Assembly (NCBI GenBank): GCA_013265495.1
Contig: MU057989.1
Span: forward strand, 387,513 to 451,512
Length of the DNA: 64,000 bases
Direction of reading: 5' to 3'
Source of the DNA: Vicugna vicugna
Lineage: Eukaryota
Position 1 is the stretch's first letter. Every line of letters begins with the position of its first letter. This document shows, one piece after another, positions 36,401-49,999 of the stretch. The notes under the pieces were generated by a model, which saw only the letters and a list, made by a program, of their open reading frames with translations, was not told where the DNA came from and ran no database searches. A program made the position numbers and the translations under genes.

Positions 36401-39400
36401 GCAACAGGTGAGAGAAAGAGCTGTTTTATTTACGATTTGTTTGGCCCCGAGGACTGGGACACCGCGTTGGCCCAGTTCACCGTGTGAATTTACTTGGTTG
36501 CCCTCAGTAGACCTTACGTGGGCAAGAGGCCTTTTTGTAGTTTAGTCAGGAACTTTCGTTCTCCAGATTTCCCACAAGTGGATAGAGTGAGCAGTGAAGA
36601 GTGCCCTGTTTCCACATAGAGGCAGTGTCTCTGCATTAGTGTGAGCCCAGGAGTCAGCTTGCCAGTTTCAGATCCTCACTGCCCCGTACTAGCTTTTGGA
36701 CTTTGAGCAAGTTACTTAATTTCTCTGGGCCTCGGATTTGCCACTGGTGAAATGAGAACAGTAAGATATCTCAAGGGTTGCTTTGAGGATTAGAAAGAGC
36801 AGCATGTAGTTTTGATCACAGTGCTGGCTTGCAGTTAGTGTTTAATAACTGTTAGCTGTTGTTATATAAAGGTCAGCAGTCTAATATCTACAGAGCTGGG
36901 TGGCAGTTAATAGTGGACTTAGAAAAACAGTTTGGCATTGAGGTTCTGAGGGCACTTCCCCCAGGGCCACCTAAGTTTAACTTATCCAGTAGTGAGGAAT
37001 AGGTGCATCTAGAAAAGGTGGAGGAAAGCAAGAGGGAGTGAGGTGTGTCAGAAGAGCTGTGTGGGGAAGGTGTGCACTAGGAATGAACTCTCCCCCACCC
37101 CGTCCCCCAACACACATTTTCTTGGGTGTACACAGGATCAGAAAAGCCTTTAGTGGAAACCATTTTTTTCTCTTGCTGGGTCCAAAGGGATTGCTAGTGG
37201 TTCTCTATAGAAGGCTTGCCCTCAGAATTCTGTAATAATTTCCCTTCCTTTCCGGCCCTGTTGTGATGATGAGTGATGTGGGTTGGTTCCCAGGTCACAA
37301 ACCATGGGCAGGGAACAGAAGTGCTTTTGGAGGAGACTTTGCCTCTGGAAACAGCACGAGAGTCACCGAGCTTCAAGCTGGAGCCAGTGGAGACTGAGCG
37401 AAGCCCTGGGCCCCAGCTGCAGGAGCTGCTAGGCCCCAGCCCCAAAAGGGACCCCCAAACTGTAAAGGAGAGGGGTGAGGAACAGTTATCTGGGCAGGTG
37501 GGAGGGAGGAAAGGCTTTGGGATTGAGCAGAACTGCCCAGGAAAGGGCATTTCTGACCTGAGGGTTGTCAGGTGTGGAGTAAAAGACCTAAAAGTGGTTT
37601 GGGTTCCTCTAGGGGTGGGAGGAGGAGGTGGGGGATCTCTTATTAAGCCCTTTTGTATGCAGAACAGAGACATTTAGAGCTGAATAAATGATTGAGGACT
37701 TTTAATACCTGGGCCAGCAGGAGACTGCTGGTATTCTGTCGTTTTGGATACCACTTTATGCCTCAGTTGCTTTCTTTTGTTCAGTGTTGCATCCTCAGAG
37801 CAGAGCCTGGGTGTTGGGGAATGGATACTGTGTCATAATAATCCTTGGGTTGCCAAGGACTAGGAATGCCATTCTCATCATAATTTCTGTCACCTTCAGC
37901 ATTATCTACTCCCTGGCTTTCTCTCTTTCCTCCTGAAGGAAACATGGAAGACAAGGAGCTGACTGGGCCCCAGGTGATGTCGAAATTCTCATTATCTCCC
38001 CCTAGTCTGCTTCACCACATGCATCTCCCCCACCTTCTTTGTCTCCTCCACACCTCACTTGTAGGCCCGGCACCCTGCTTCCCCATGAAATGTGTCCTTG
38101 GCACCCCTGGGTTTTGCCCCTTTAACCCATGACTCTGCTTGAATTGTTCTTGGCGCCTCAGGGCCTAAAGGAGATCTTGTGCTGTTTCAGTTGCCTGAGA
38201 GCTTAGAGGACGTGGCTATGTACATCTCCCAGGAGGAGTGGGGGCATCAGGATCCTAGTAAGAGGGCCCTCTCCGGGGACACGGTGCAGGAGAGTTATGA
38301 GAATGTGGACTCACTGGGTAAGGACTTCTTTTCCAGGGATGAAGACTGAGCCATTTCTAACCAGGGTCCTGTCCCTTAGCCACTCACCTCCAGATATAAG
38401 TTCTGAGTTTTGTCAGAAGACCTGTCTTTGTCTAAAGTCCCCTGGTCTAGGATTAGTAAAATATTTGCCAAGTGCCACAGTTGGTACACTTATAGACCCA
38501 GGCTGCCAGAGCCGAAGGCAGGGAGTCTGACTTCCAGGGCAGAACAAATCAAATCCAGTGATGCACCACTCCCACTCCCCTCCCCTACACCGTCTCATCA
38601 CACGCAGTGTCACAGGATGCTCTGAGGCTTTAAGTTTTTGATCCCTGGCAATTTCAGAATGCTTAGTCTTCTGACCTCACTTATATTATCTACGCTCCAT
38701 TCGTATTTCTGGGCCCGTCCCCAGAGACACAAATTTCAGGGGCTGTGGCATCAACATTCCAGCTTAGTGGCTGTCCCGGTCCTTAAAAATTCAGGAAAGG
38801 GAAAGGCTTTGTGGAAATTTGGAAATGATATATCCAAAACAGGGTCTAAGTAAGTTAAGCATAAATTAAGATGCATCTGTGTGTTGAACTATCTATCATG
38901 CAGAGATTAAAAATGAGGTCTGTGAAATAAGACAAAAAAATCAATAGTTGGATTTAGGTGGAGAGTGTACAGATATTGTATAATTCCTTTTTTTTCCTGC
39001 ATGTGTGAAAATCCTCACAATAACAAGTTGGAGGAAGTCAAAAAACAACATGGAACAGGACCGTGTACATTATTATCATAACTCCGTTGATGCACACAAT
39101 AGAAAAGAGTCACCTTGCACTTTGTTCTCATGTGAGGTTTTTGCAAAGAGAAGCACCGCTATCATCTCACTTGAACTAGTTTGCAAGGGAGTTCCTGCTG
39201 GGTTTGGTTGCCTTCTCCGCATTCTCTCTCACTGCCATGGCTTGGTGCCCGAAGTTGAGCACAGCTCTTTCAGTGAGTGCCAGATAGGAAGAGAAGATTG
39301 CAAGTTCTTGGAGTGAAACCTTTTAGAGTCCCATGTTTGCTGCCATTGGAGTGAGCACAGTACAGGAATGGCACTTTTGGGTTTTAATCTCAGAGTCCCA

Positions 39401-41620
39401 AGTCCTTTTCCAATTGTCCAGTAAATTATATTTTCTCTTTCTGGAGCTAACCAGTCATACTTAGTTCTATTTTATATTGATTTGTAAGAGTCAAGACTCT
39501 TTTACATTAGTAAGCTGATTCCTCAAGGAACTGACTACCCATTTGATTGTTGTTTTAATTAAAAGTTTTACATTCTTGTTGCAAAAAATCCCAAGTAGCA
39601 CAAATATATAAAGAGGAAAAAAAGCCTTAGTCTCCCTCCCCTCATTTCTTTCTCTAGAGGTGACCAGTGGGTGGAGTTTAGTGTATGTTCCAAGTAATTA
39701 CTGTCAGACTTACTGCATCTTCTGTACCTGTCCGCTCAGGGCAGGGAACAAGACTTATCTTTGTTTCCCCTGCCTGGTTGAGGAAAGTGTGACATAGAAA
39801 TCCTTTTCTTTCATTGTGAACAGAGTCTCAGGTTCCCAGTCAGGAGGCCCTGAGCGCCCAGGTGGAACAAGGAGGAAAGCCATGGGATCCCAATGTCCAG
39901 GCTCGCAAGGAGGGCCTGAGCCCCAGAAGCCCAGCTGCAGGTAAGGAGTGAAGTTGAGCAGCCTGACCAGCTGGCCTCCGCTGTTGAGAATGAGGCATTT
40001 GAGGTTTTGGTGTAAGGCTAGCCCGTCACCACTGCCAGGGAGGTACTTGGCTTCCCGTGGGTCCCCACTGCCCACTTCTATCCCAGTGATGGCAGGCGAG
40101 GCTCCCAGGGTGCAAAACGTAAGGAAGTGTTCAATCTTGGGCTCCCTTGCCCACCCTGGTCCCAGTCCTGCGCCATCTCCCCATTCCCCAAGGGCAGAAG
40201 CCAGAGGCTCAGTTGAAGAGGGAGTGGGGCCCTTACCAGGGAATTCAAGATGGGTTTGAGCTCTGATTCCTGAGCAATGGCCATGCTCCTTATATGGGTG
40301 CCTGTCTAGAGTGCTTTCCATCTGTGGGGGAGACGGAAGACAGGTAAAGCCAGCCCTTCTGGACTTCTGACCTGCGGGTAGTAGGTCACGTGGGGTTTCC
40401 TTTTCTCTGGTGTAGAAATAATACGGGTTTGGTTTCTCTTAACTCTTCCAGGGGAAGAGAAATTTGAGAACCTGGAAGACAGTGCTCAGTCCAGTTCCCC
40501 TGAGAGTGTCCACCCTCAGGCGCTGCAGCCTGGCCAGGCCAGAGGGGAGGTACCCTGGAGCCCGGAGCAGGGAAGGCCTCAGGACAGGGCGGAAGAGCCC
40601 TGGGAACCTCCCCCAGAGGATCGGACGGAACAGACCTTAGTGGGGGCCACCAGTTGCAGAGAACTAGGGCGACCAAAGGAACTGCAGCCTAAGAAGCTCC
40701 ACTTATGTCCCTTGTGTGGCAAAAATTTCTCTAACAACTCAAATCTAATTAGGCACCAGAGAATCCATGCAGCGGAAAGACTGTGTATGGGGGTGGAGTG
40801 TGCAGAAATCTTCGGTGGGAACCCACACTTGCTGTCACTACACAGAGCCCACTTGGGAGAGGAGGCCCATAAGTGCCTGGAATGTGGCAAAAGCTTCAGT
40901 CAGAACACCCACCTGACTCGCCACCGGCGCACCCACACAGGCGAGAAGCCCTATCAGTGTAATGTGTGTGGAAAAAGCTTCTCTTGCAACTCCAACCTCC
41001 ACAGGCACCAGAGAACGCACACGGGCGAGAAGCCTTACAAGTGCCCTGAGTGCGGGGAGATCTTCGCCCACAGTTCCAATCTCCTCAGGCACCAAAGGAT
41101 TCACACAGGAGAGAGACCTTACAAGTGCACCGAGTGTGGGAAAAGTTTCTCTCGAAGTTCACACCTTGTCATCCACGAGAGAACTCATGAGAAAGAGAGG
41201 CTTTACCCCTTCTCTGAGTGTGGGGAAGCCACGAGTGACAATACTCTCTTTCTTACAAATCAGGGGACCCATAAGGCAGAGAAAAAACTCTTTGAATGTT
41301 TGACTTGTGGGAAAAGCTTCCGACAGGGCATGCACCTGACCAGACATCAGAGAACGCACACAGGGGAGAAACCCTATAAATGTAGCCTCTGCGGGGAAAA
41401 CTTCTCTCACAGATCCAACTTAATCAGGCACCAGAGAATTCACACGGGAGAGAAACCCTATACCTGTCATGAATGTGGAGACAGTTTCTCTCACAGCTCC
41501 AATCGGATTCGTCATCTGAGAACCCACACGGGAGAGAGACCCTATAAATGTTCTGAATGTGGAGAAAGCTTTTCTCGGAGTTCACGCCTTATGAGTCATC
41601 AGAGAACTCACACTGGGTAG
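36021..41620 (+). CDS. ZNF263: Zinc finger protein 263 (SCAN-KRAB-C2H2), ~684 aa. Exons 36021-36407, 37294-37474, 37900-37973, 38191-38317, 39824-39940, 40452-41620
   Basis: [66 protein letters not shown] (SCAN); divergent [21 protein letters not shown]; nine C2H2 fingers. Canonical splice sites; 2055 nt in frame. Confidence 0.95.
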
Positions 41621-42412
41621 AAACAGTGGGGTTTTTTCTTGGCCCCCCTCCCCCCCATAAGGTGGCATATTCAGAGGGTTTTGTTGTTAAGAGCTGGTAT
41701 TTCTCACCCAGCTGACCAGATGATGTGCATTTTAAGGTAACTGGGGAGGGTCACTGTGAGGGAGGTGCAGAGGCAGGAAATGATTAGCACAAAACTGAAA
41801 AGGAATTCTGATTGAACTGGTGAGGACAGGCAAGTCTTTTAGGGGACCTGCTCAGGGTAGACTTTTCTCTGACGTTCTTCTTGTCCCAGGGCACACCTCC
41901 CCCCTCAGTATATTAAGCCAGCTTGCGACTTGGGTGCCCTACTGTGTCCAGTATCCCAACAACTAGGGGAGTCCATGGACTTTCTGTTGCTGCTTCCTCA
42001 CTTGGGACACTCGGCAGGAGCATTTGGGCTCCTGGGGCCCTTGAGACCAAAGAAGTCTCCTGGGAAGCCAGCTGGAGGCACCAAAAGACTGGTAGTGAGT
42101 TGCAGCTCTCCTGAAGGCCTGGCTGGGAAGCCATAGGCCGCCCGGGGCAGCCAGCACCGCCCCCTCAGTGGCTTGACAGTAGGGCTCGAGGGCAGGTCAT
42201 GCATGTAAATTTCATGTCAAACAAAAAGGAACCAGAGACCAGGTCAGCCCAGGAGTTGGCAGAGGAAAACAGTCTGAGTTAATGTACGCTTTACAGAGAT
42301 TGAGTCTTCAGAGGGTTCCATGAAAGATGGTTTCCCTGGGAGACTTTGAAAATGTGGATCCTGGTAAAATTAGGGATCATGCCTTGCCCTGTTGAAAATA
42401 GGTTTCAATGGT

Positions 42413-42418
42413 AATAAA
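42413..42418 (+). terminator. Candidate ZNF263 polyadenylation signal
   Basis: AATAAA ~790 nt after the stop, with GT-rich sequence downstream. Confidence 0.55.
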
Positions 42419-44009
42419 TATCTTTAGGAAACATGAACGTGTGTGGCTCATCATTGAGGGTCTTTTTCTTGTCCTCCAGTGTTGATCTGTCTTCCATCTG
42501 CTTTGGTTAGAGGACCTGCTTTCTCTTTGTGGTCTTACTGGGCAGCTCCAGGCAGGGACTGCTGTGTGGTAGCAAAAGGTCAAGCCCAGTGGCTGCTTGG
42601 GGTGATGTCATAAGGGTGTCCTAGAAGGATTTTTTTTTTTTTTCTGCTCTGGTGTACAGCAATGAAAATGTGTCTCTTTGTTTAGAATGTTTACTTTCTT
42701 GTAAAGTAGCTAAAGGAAGGCCTGGCTCTTCAAAGACAAGTTAGTTTAGTCTAGCAAATGTTTCCCAGGAAAAGATGGTCCTGATATAACTGAGTTATGA
42801 ATGGAGGGAGATATTGGGGAGGGCAAAATTATTAGGGGAAAGCATTACATTTTAGAATAGGGAACCAGGAATTCTAGGAGTATGTATCTATGGGAAAGAG
42901 GTCGAATATGAGGAGAGATTCTGGGAGTAGAAAATTCTGATACCAGGACAACATCTCAGGATTTGGTCCTAGAGGAAGGTATCTAAGTAGCTGTTCATCG
43001 GGAGAAAAAGATGAAACATTCCTTTGCCAACTGGCTATTAAATATTGCAATTTTAAGTGAGGGAAACAACCCTGCATGCCCTTTACCTTTGCTTATCAGT
43101 CTTAGCTCTGCCTCAATGTAGTAAGAGTTTTTCCTTGGTTTTCTGTGCCAATTTTAGAAAATCTTCCTGTTTCACATTTCTGTCCCTTTCTCTTACCCAC
43201 AAGAGGGCAGTGGTATTGTAGGGGTTGGGGGTCAGGGTAGGGAGGCAAGGCTTTGACAAACATTAGTGTAGGATCAGCACTGGTAGGAGCAGGACAAAGC
43301 TAATGTGGCTGCTGATGGCGTGAAATGGGTGGGTAGTGGAAAACTGATGTTACTAAGCACTCTCTGGTTAAGATGGGAATTTACGTGGATTACAAATCTT
43401 AAGGGAATGGAAAGCACCCTCCCCTTCAGATCTCCCCTTCCTCTCATCACCCATACAGATCTGTGATGGGGTCTAACTGGCATTGCTCCTACTTGGAGAA
43501 CTGCAGCTTGGGGCCAGAGCACTGGGGACCCCCAGGTATTCACTCCCAGCACTGAAAAGGCTTTCCAATAGGAGACTTGACCCAGTCCCCAGTCTGGCTC
43601 CCCTGCTAGCAAACTTAACGTGTAGAGCTGTTCTTGGTCTTGTTTTAATGAGATGATGTCACAAAATACTGCATGTAAAACACTTAGCACAGAGCCTGGC
43701 ACATAGAAAATTATTTTCATCTACTTGTGCCATCTGTGAGCAGATAATAGGGCAAATTGCCTTTATTCTAAGCACCTGGCGGGAAGTTAGGGTAACAGGC
43801 AGGATTGACAACTTCTTCCTTGTAGTCGTATTTCAAAAAGCAGGCCAGAGGCCCTTACTGCAGGCTCCCGTGAAGTCACTGCAAGGGATCGCCAAGTATA
43901 TATACTCTTACAGTACACACATACTTTTTACACTAATACTTTTACCCAGCTAGTCATCTTGAGAATAACCAGAACAGATTCCAACTGACCTTTATGTCAG
44001 AGGGAGACT

Positions 44010-44240
44010 AACGCAGTGGGTAATAAAGACCACTATCCCCTTAGTCCAAATGGAGATCTGGGAGATGTGGAGTGACCCTGAACATCAGCCAAACACTCTT
44101 GTAGCAAAGGTAGCACAGGAAATCAGCAGAAAGGCTCCTGGGTGGAGAATCAGGACCACGTTTAGGCAATGTGAAAAGGCCTGGCAGACACAGATAAAAA
44201 GCAGCAGGGCCAATGTTGATAACGACAAAGCCCTGTGACA
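44010..44240 (+). pseudogene. Possible decayed Myb/SANT-like (trihelix) domain relic
   Basis: With one frameshift it reads WGNKDTIPLVQMEIWEMWSDPEHQ...AKVAQEISRKAPGWRIRTTFRQCEKAWQ, resembling the Myb/SANT-like consensus by eye. Confidence 0.35.
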
Positions 44241-45279
44241 CCAGAGACCAGAAGAAGTGTAAAGATAGCACTAAGTTTTTTTGTTCTTTTGTTTTTCCCA
44301 AGAAAAAGCCATCACAAATCACTTTAAGAATTTTTACTGTAGTAATGTATGAACTTACAGGTCTCAGTAACATGAAATTTGGTTTCAGATTCCAAACCCT
44401 TTAAAGAAGAGTTTAGTGTTTGAATCATTTACATTACCAACTGATAAAATTTTAGAGAGTGCTTTAAGACTTGTAATTTTTGTAAACCTTTCACAAACAT
44501 CTGAAACAACTATGTAAAAGGGTTTTAATGTTGTGTTACAGGAAACCAACTATCCAATTTATTAGCACTAGAAGGCTAACTGCTTCGGGTGTCAGAACTC
44601 AAGAACAGCAAGATGAATTAAAGCAAAAGTCATTTATTAGAAGTATTTTCTTTGTAAGTCTTTTTTTTCTTAGAAGCATTTTCTTTTAGTCCTCAATCTA
44701 GCTTTCAATCACTTCTGATTAAAAATTGGCTTCCATTTCTGAAAAGGAGACTGATAATTCCTTCTGATCATATAATTCTTACTAAGAGGGGTTGTCTTGC
44801 CACCTTGCTACACAGTTAGGAGGCAGTGGGAATGGTCTAGTAAATTCAACAATGTCAAAATGGTTGATGAAAAATGGTTCAGCCCCTCCACCCCAAACTT
44901 CAACAGACCTTCCAGTTAATATCCTCACTTCATCACTGAGACACCTTGAATGTCTCAGAAGCTTCTGTTAAGAAATCAAAACTGGTGGTTCAAACCTGCT
45001 TAAGGGAGAGTAAGATTTCCCCAGGCAGAAAGGATGGGAAAAGAAAATACTAAGTTACTGAAATCCTGGGATGTATTTCTGGACATAATGAGGAACTGTG
45101 TTTCCCTCTCCATCAGGAAAACGTTCTATGACCTGGGTGTGGTTCCCCAGGCAGAGGGTGAAGCTGCCCTTGAGGGATTCCCGTTCTCTTGGGAGAGGGT
45201 CCAGTTTAAGTTTGGGAATCTCGCCCCAGCCACTGGAAGGGGTGCCTGCGTTTCTCCGAGGAGCTCCAGGCTTCGGAAA

Positions 45280-46150
45280 TGATTTCCAGAACCCAAAACT
45301 TTAGTCCTTTCTCAGGCTTGGGAATAGTAAAAGAGTCTACGGGTCCCGCAACTTCGCCTTCCGGCGGCATCGGGCACCGGACCGGGCGCGGCGCTAGAAC
45401 CACCGGCGTGCGGCACCGGGCTGGCCCCGTGGAGGACGGCTCCCGCGCCCGCCCCGGGAGGCGCTAGGGCGGCTAGGGCGGGGGGTAGCATTTGGCGGCT
45501 GCGTCCCAACAAACCTTTCCACCCTCGGTCCTGGGCCTCGGGGCCGCCTCTGGCCCCGTCCGCCCGCACCTGCCACGTACCCCTCCGAGGCCGCCCTTCA
45601 GAGCCCAGGGGACCGCGGGCGCGCGCTCTCCTCAGGCCCCCCCCTCCGCCCATGGTCCTCCCCGCCCCAACCGCCGGGCCTAGCTCGGCCTGCGGGCTCA
45701 GACTCCGGGGTTGGGCCGGCCCACGCGGCGCAGGGTTTCCCTTTCCTTCCTCCCGAGCCGTCACGGGCGGCGCTTGCAGCCCCGAAACTTCCCAGTCCCT
45801 CAGGTGCGCGTGCGCCAGCCAGGGGCCGCAGGCGGGGCTGGGTGGTCCAACGGGAGGCGAGCGAAGAGCCGAGCCGAGTCAGGGAGGGCAGGAGAAAGGG
45901 GCGTCTAGGGGGTCGGGGAAGGACGGGCCCAGTAGCCCCCGAAAGACCTTCGACAGGGGGGACGCCTCCTCAGTTTTGTTTTGGTTAGCTCACTCTGGCC
46001 GCAGGGTGGGGAACGGATGGGGAGAGGACAAGAAAGAAGAGCAGGGAGACTAGAGACCCGTGCAGTCGTCCAGGCAGAGTGATGTCGGCCCGGACCAGGA
46101 AACAAGCAGTGAGGAGGGAGAAGTGGAGACGCGACGAGACATTCGGGAGG
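45280..46150. promoter_or_regulatory. Orphan CpG island between the ZNF263 and TIGD7 3' ends
   Basis: Very high GC and CpG, GC boxes, NRF1-like TGCGCGTGCGC at ~45805-45815. No credible CDS. Confidence 0.65.
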
Positions 46151-47321
46151 TAGAGCTGGCAGGGCTTTACATGTGTCCAGCCCTAAGCCTGAATTCTTAG
46201 AATAACCTCCAAAGGCACTGAAAATCTGGCCCAGACTTCTTTCCTCCTTTTCTCTGCCAGCTGCACCTACAGCCACCATCCAGGGACCTCGCAGCTTCCC
46301 AAGGAGATGCACCCCACACGCTCCCTTTGCCGGACTGTCCTCCCTCCTTCCCCCAAACTTTAAAGCCCAGCTCAAAAGTCACACTTGACTCAGATACTTC
46401 CCTACTATGCAAACGCTCTCAAAGCCCTCTCTGTACACAACCAACAGTGGTTTGTTTCTATTCTTTTTCTAATTCAGGTCTAAATGCTCAACAACTTACT
46501 CTGCTTGACATGGAAAGGCAACGTGAAATTTGCAGAATCAATGAATACTTTTGAAAAGGGTGTAACTGCTGGTCATTTATTATGGAAATTTATGACCATT
46601 GGGGAAAACCAGATGTTTAATGCAATGAACTAGAGAGCTGTCCAGTATGCTTATCTCACATTCTCCCTCAACTTCTTCCACAATACCGGTCTATCCTAGG
46701 CTTGAAAGGTGTCTCAACAAATGCTAACTTTTAAGTAACAAAAATGTTAAGACAATAAGATATAAAATTGTATTTACAATATAACCTACCTATTTAAAAA
46801 TATATGAAATATACCAAAGCATTAAGAGAGACTACCATTGGTGGACAGAATTTGGGTGATTATCTTTTTTGTGTGTGTATCTTTTATAACCAGCATATGT
46901 GTCTTCCACAGTAAGAGGAAAACAAATACTAAACAGATGGTTAACAGATTTAAGAGAGCAGAGCATGTCATAGCACTAAATTGAAAACCAAATCCTTTTT
47001 TATCTTCTTAACTAGTCAGCATATACATAGCTTGTTATATGCCTTGAACACATTTAGATTTTAATGCTTTTCCCACATCCATCCTACCTTAGATAATGAG
47101 ACAGTAGTTCCTCATTATTCAAATCTTAGTCTAAAATAGAAAAATATGGATGAATGAATATATTTATACATTAAAAACAAATTTTACTTCCAAATTTTAT
47201 GTTTTATAAACAATATAAATGGGCATTGATATGCAAAATGAGGTAAATAAAAAAATGACAATTCACAATAAGTCTACTTCATATATTATCACATAATTGC
47301 AAAAATCTTTAAACACAAAAT

Positions 47322-48940
47322 CTAATTACTAGAACCAGAAGTTGAAGGCATATTGAAGGAATCCTTATGAGGCCAAGGTTTCAAAAAGCTACCAATTCTA
47401 GAATGGATTCTACTCTGGAGCTGTTTCTTGATTATTTCTTGTTGCATTTCTTTCAGCATAAAATGGAACCTCTGAAACTCAGGTGTGGCATCAACAAAAT
47501 CAAGAAGGTAGTCCAAACTCTTTCTGACAGCAGATAACTTAAATTCAGCAGTCTGCTCTCTTCAGCTCCTCCTCCTTTTGTTTCTGGGGGGCTATCCTTT
47601 TCTTCTTCATCCCCATTTAACCACACCCTATCATCATCCAGCTTGGTTTCCGACTCCTCACATTTCTCAAGAATTTCTCTATAATTCCCATCTTCTAAGC
47701 CTTGAAGAGCATATTCAAGTTCCTTTTTGTAAAGAAGATTTTCCCAAGCATTTGCTATGGTTATTTGTTTTACTTCATCCCAACTCTTTGCCCAATTAAA
47801 AACTGCACTTTTTACATTGTAGATTTTAATCTTGGAAACTTGTTTTTCTCCTTTATCTTGCTCATCATCACTTTCTTCAAAAATTACAAGACTCTCCTCA
47901 AGTTGCTTCCACCTATAAAGTCGTTTGCAGCTCAAGATCACACCTTGATTCATTGGTTGAATCAAGGTTGAAGTGTTATGGGGAAAGAACATGCATTTTA
48001 TTCGGCCATCCTCACTGGTCAGTGATTCAGTAGAAGGGTGAACTGGGGAATTTTCCAGAAGTAACAAGGCCCTGACGTCATCCTCATGGAATCGGAGCAC
48101 ATTAAGTTGAAAATGCTTGACCTCAGGAACAAAGTTGTGAAAAAACCATTCCGAAAACAATTCTCTGGTGAACCAAACATCTTTACTAGGTTTGTATATC
48201 ACAGGTAATGTACATGTGTCCTCTTTCACATTTTTGGGCAGCTTTGCTTTTCCAATAATGACTGACTTTAACTTGTGAGTTCCATCTGCATTTGCACATA
48301 AAAGAGCTGACAACCGTTCTTTGTTTATTTTCTTCCCTGGTAGGCAGATATCTTTTCTGCTTGCCTGAGTGTTTTCTGGCATTGACTTCCAAAAGAGGTC
48401 TGTCTCATCCCCACCGTATAGCTGTGCAAGACATAGTTTCTCCTCTTTGATAAGCATGGACAGCTTTTGTCGAAATGGCTCAGTGTTTTCTGAAGCTGAA
48501 CTTAGGACTTGTTCCCCACATACTTTCCGGTTCCCAATTGCATGCCTATTTCGAAATCTAAAAAGCCAACCAGTGCTAGCTTTGAAATCTACCCGCCCAA
48601 AACACTGTGCGAATCTCTCTGCTGCAGCCTGAAGCTCCACACCTCGAACAGGGACGCCGGCTGAGCGTTTCTGTTGGTACCACATGTAGACTGCATCATC
48701 CACGTCACTGTATTTGGCTCTTGTTGTCCTCTTCCTCTTCTCAGCCCCTACTAATGGCATGTCCTGCTTCAGTACAAAGTCCAAAATCAATTTCTTATTC
48801 TTTTTAATGTCATAAAATGTTGACTTACTGATTCCAAATTCATCCATTACACTTTTAAGAGATCGTCCGGCTTCAATCCTACTTAGAACCTTCATCTTCT
48901 CTTCCAAATTCAATGTTGTATATTTCCCTCTCTTATTCAT
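47322..48940 (-). CDS. TIGD7: Tigger transposable element derived 7 (domesticated pogo transposase: HTH-psq/CENP-B HTH and DDE-like domain), frameshifted at ~47559. As read it stops at 47453 (495 aa); the restored frame ends at 47322 (~538 aa)
   Basis: MNKRGKYTTLNLEEKMKVLSRIEAGRSLKSVMDEFGISKSTFYDIKKNKK...DETDLFWKSMP...QPMNQGVI. The C-terminus QTAEFKLSAVRKSLDYLLDFVDATPEFQRFHF lies in a different frame. Confidence 0.93.
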
Positions 48941-49999
48941 ACTGAATTTGGTTTCAAACAATCAGTGGGGGAAAAACCTTGCTGAATTGGAAAAAAAAAC
49001 CCCAAACAACTCCCTCTGCCCCCCACAAAGCTAGCCCAAAGCCCAAGAAGGCACAGGCATGTATCCTGAAGGGTAATGGGCTAAAAGGGATGAGGGCTTA
49101 TGATTAAAGTGCTAGTCTAGAGCCAAAGGTCTTAGGAACTCAGAAAGTTGCCACTGTCAAAGCCCTGTCTACATATTGCTCCTGCAAGACATGGATGAGC
49201 AGGTTTCAGAAGCCCTCTTCTGAACATTTCTTCTCTCCATTGACAGGTATAGCAGCATCAGTCAGGAATAACAGGAATGTCTGCACACTCTCCCTAACTC
49301 GACACAGAAAAGAGAGGAGGTGAGATGTGCTCACAAGAACAGGCTCAGGTAAGATAAATCTCAACAAAAAGTGGTGCTTCAGATGACAGTGTGAAAGCTT
49401 CAAAGGCAAAGACAGTCGTACTGTGTAGCAGACGTCCAGTGTGATGTCTCCTTCTCCAAACAACTTGATTTTTACCTCACTGCCAGAAAAGAAAATGGTG
49501 CACACACTGCTCTGCATGGAATGTTCACTGGGCATCAGTCCATCCACCTGCTACTCTGACACTGCAATGTCTGGAGAGTTGGAATTTGAGAATAACTGTA
49601 TAGTATCTTTAGGTGAAGAAGAAAGTAGGTTCTGTTGTCCATATGAATGAAATCCAACTTTTACTGCATTCAGTACAGCATTCCCAAAGACTAAGCTTTA
49701 GCTTGAGTGTGTCTTATGTTTACCAAGGTAATCTGTAAGTATGTAAATAATGGGTTCATTAGTGGTACTTTTCCACTGTCAGATCTTCTTCCCTGAGTAC
49801 ATCTAGTGTATTTTCAACTGTTATTTTTTGCTGAAATTGTTCCAAATTTGGGATATTATCGAGTCTCAGAATCATGGCAGTTCTTAGCGATGAGTTCAGA
49901 AGTTTTATAAAATTTTTATGATAGTTAAAAAATTATTAAAAAGATCTATCCTTGTGATTATTTTCCTAAATTTACACCTAGTGTTAAGAAACATACTTT

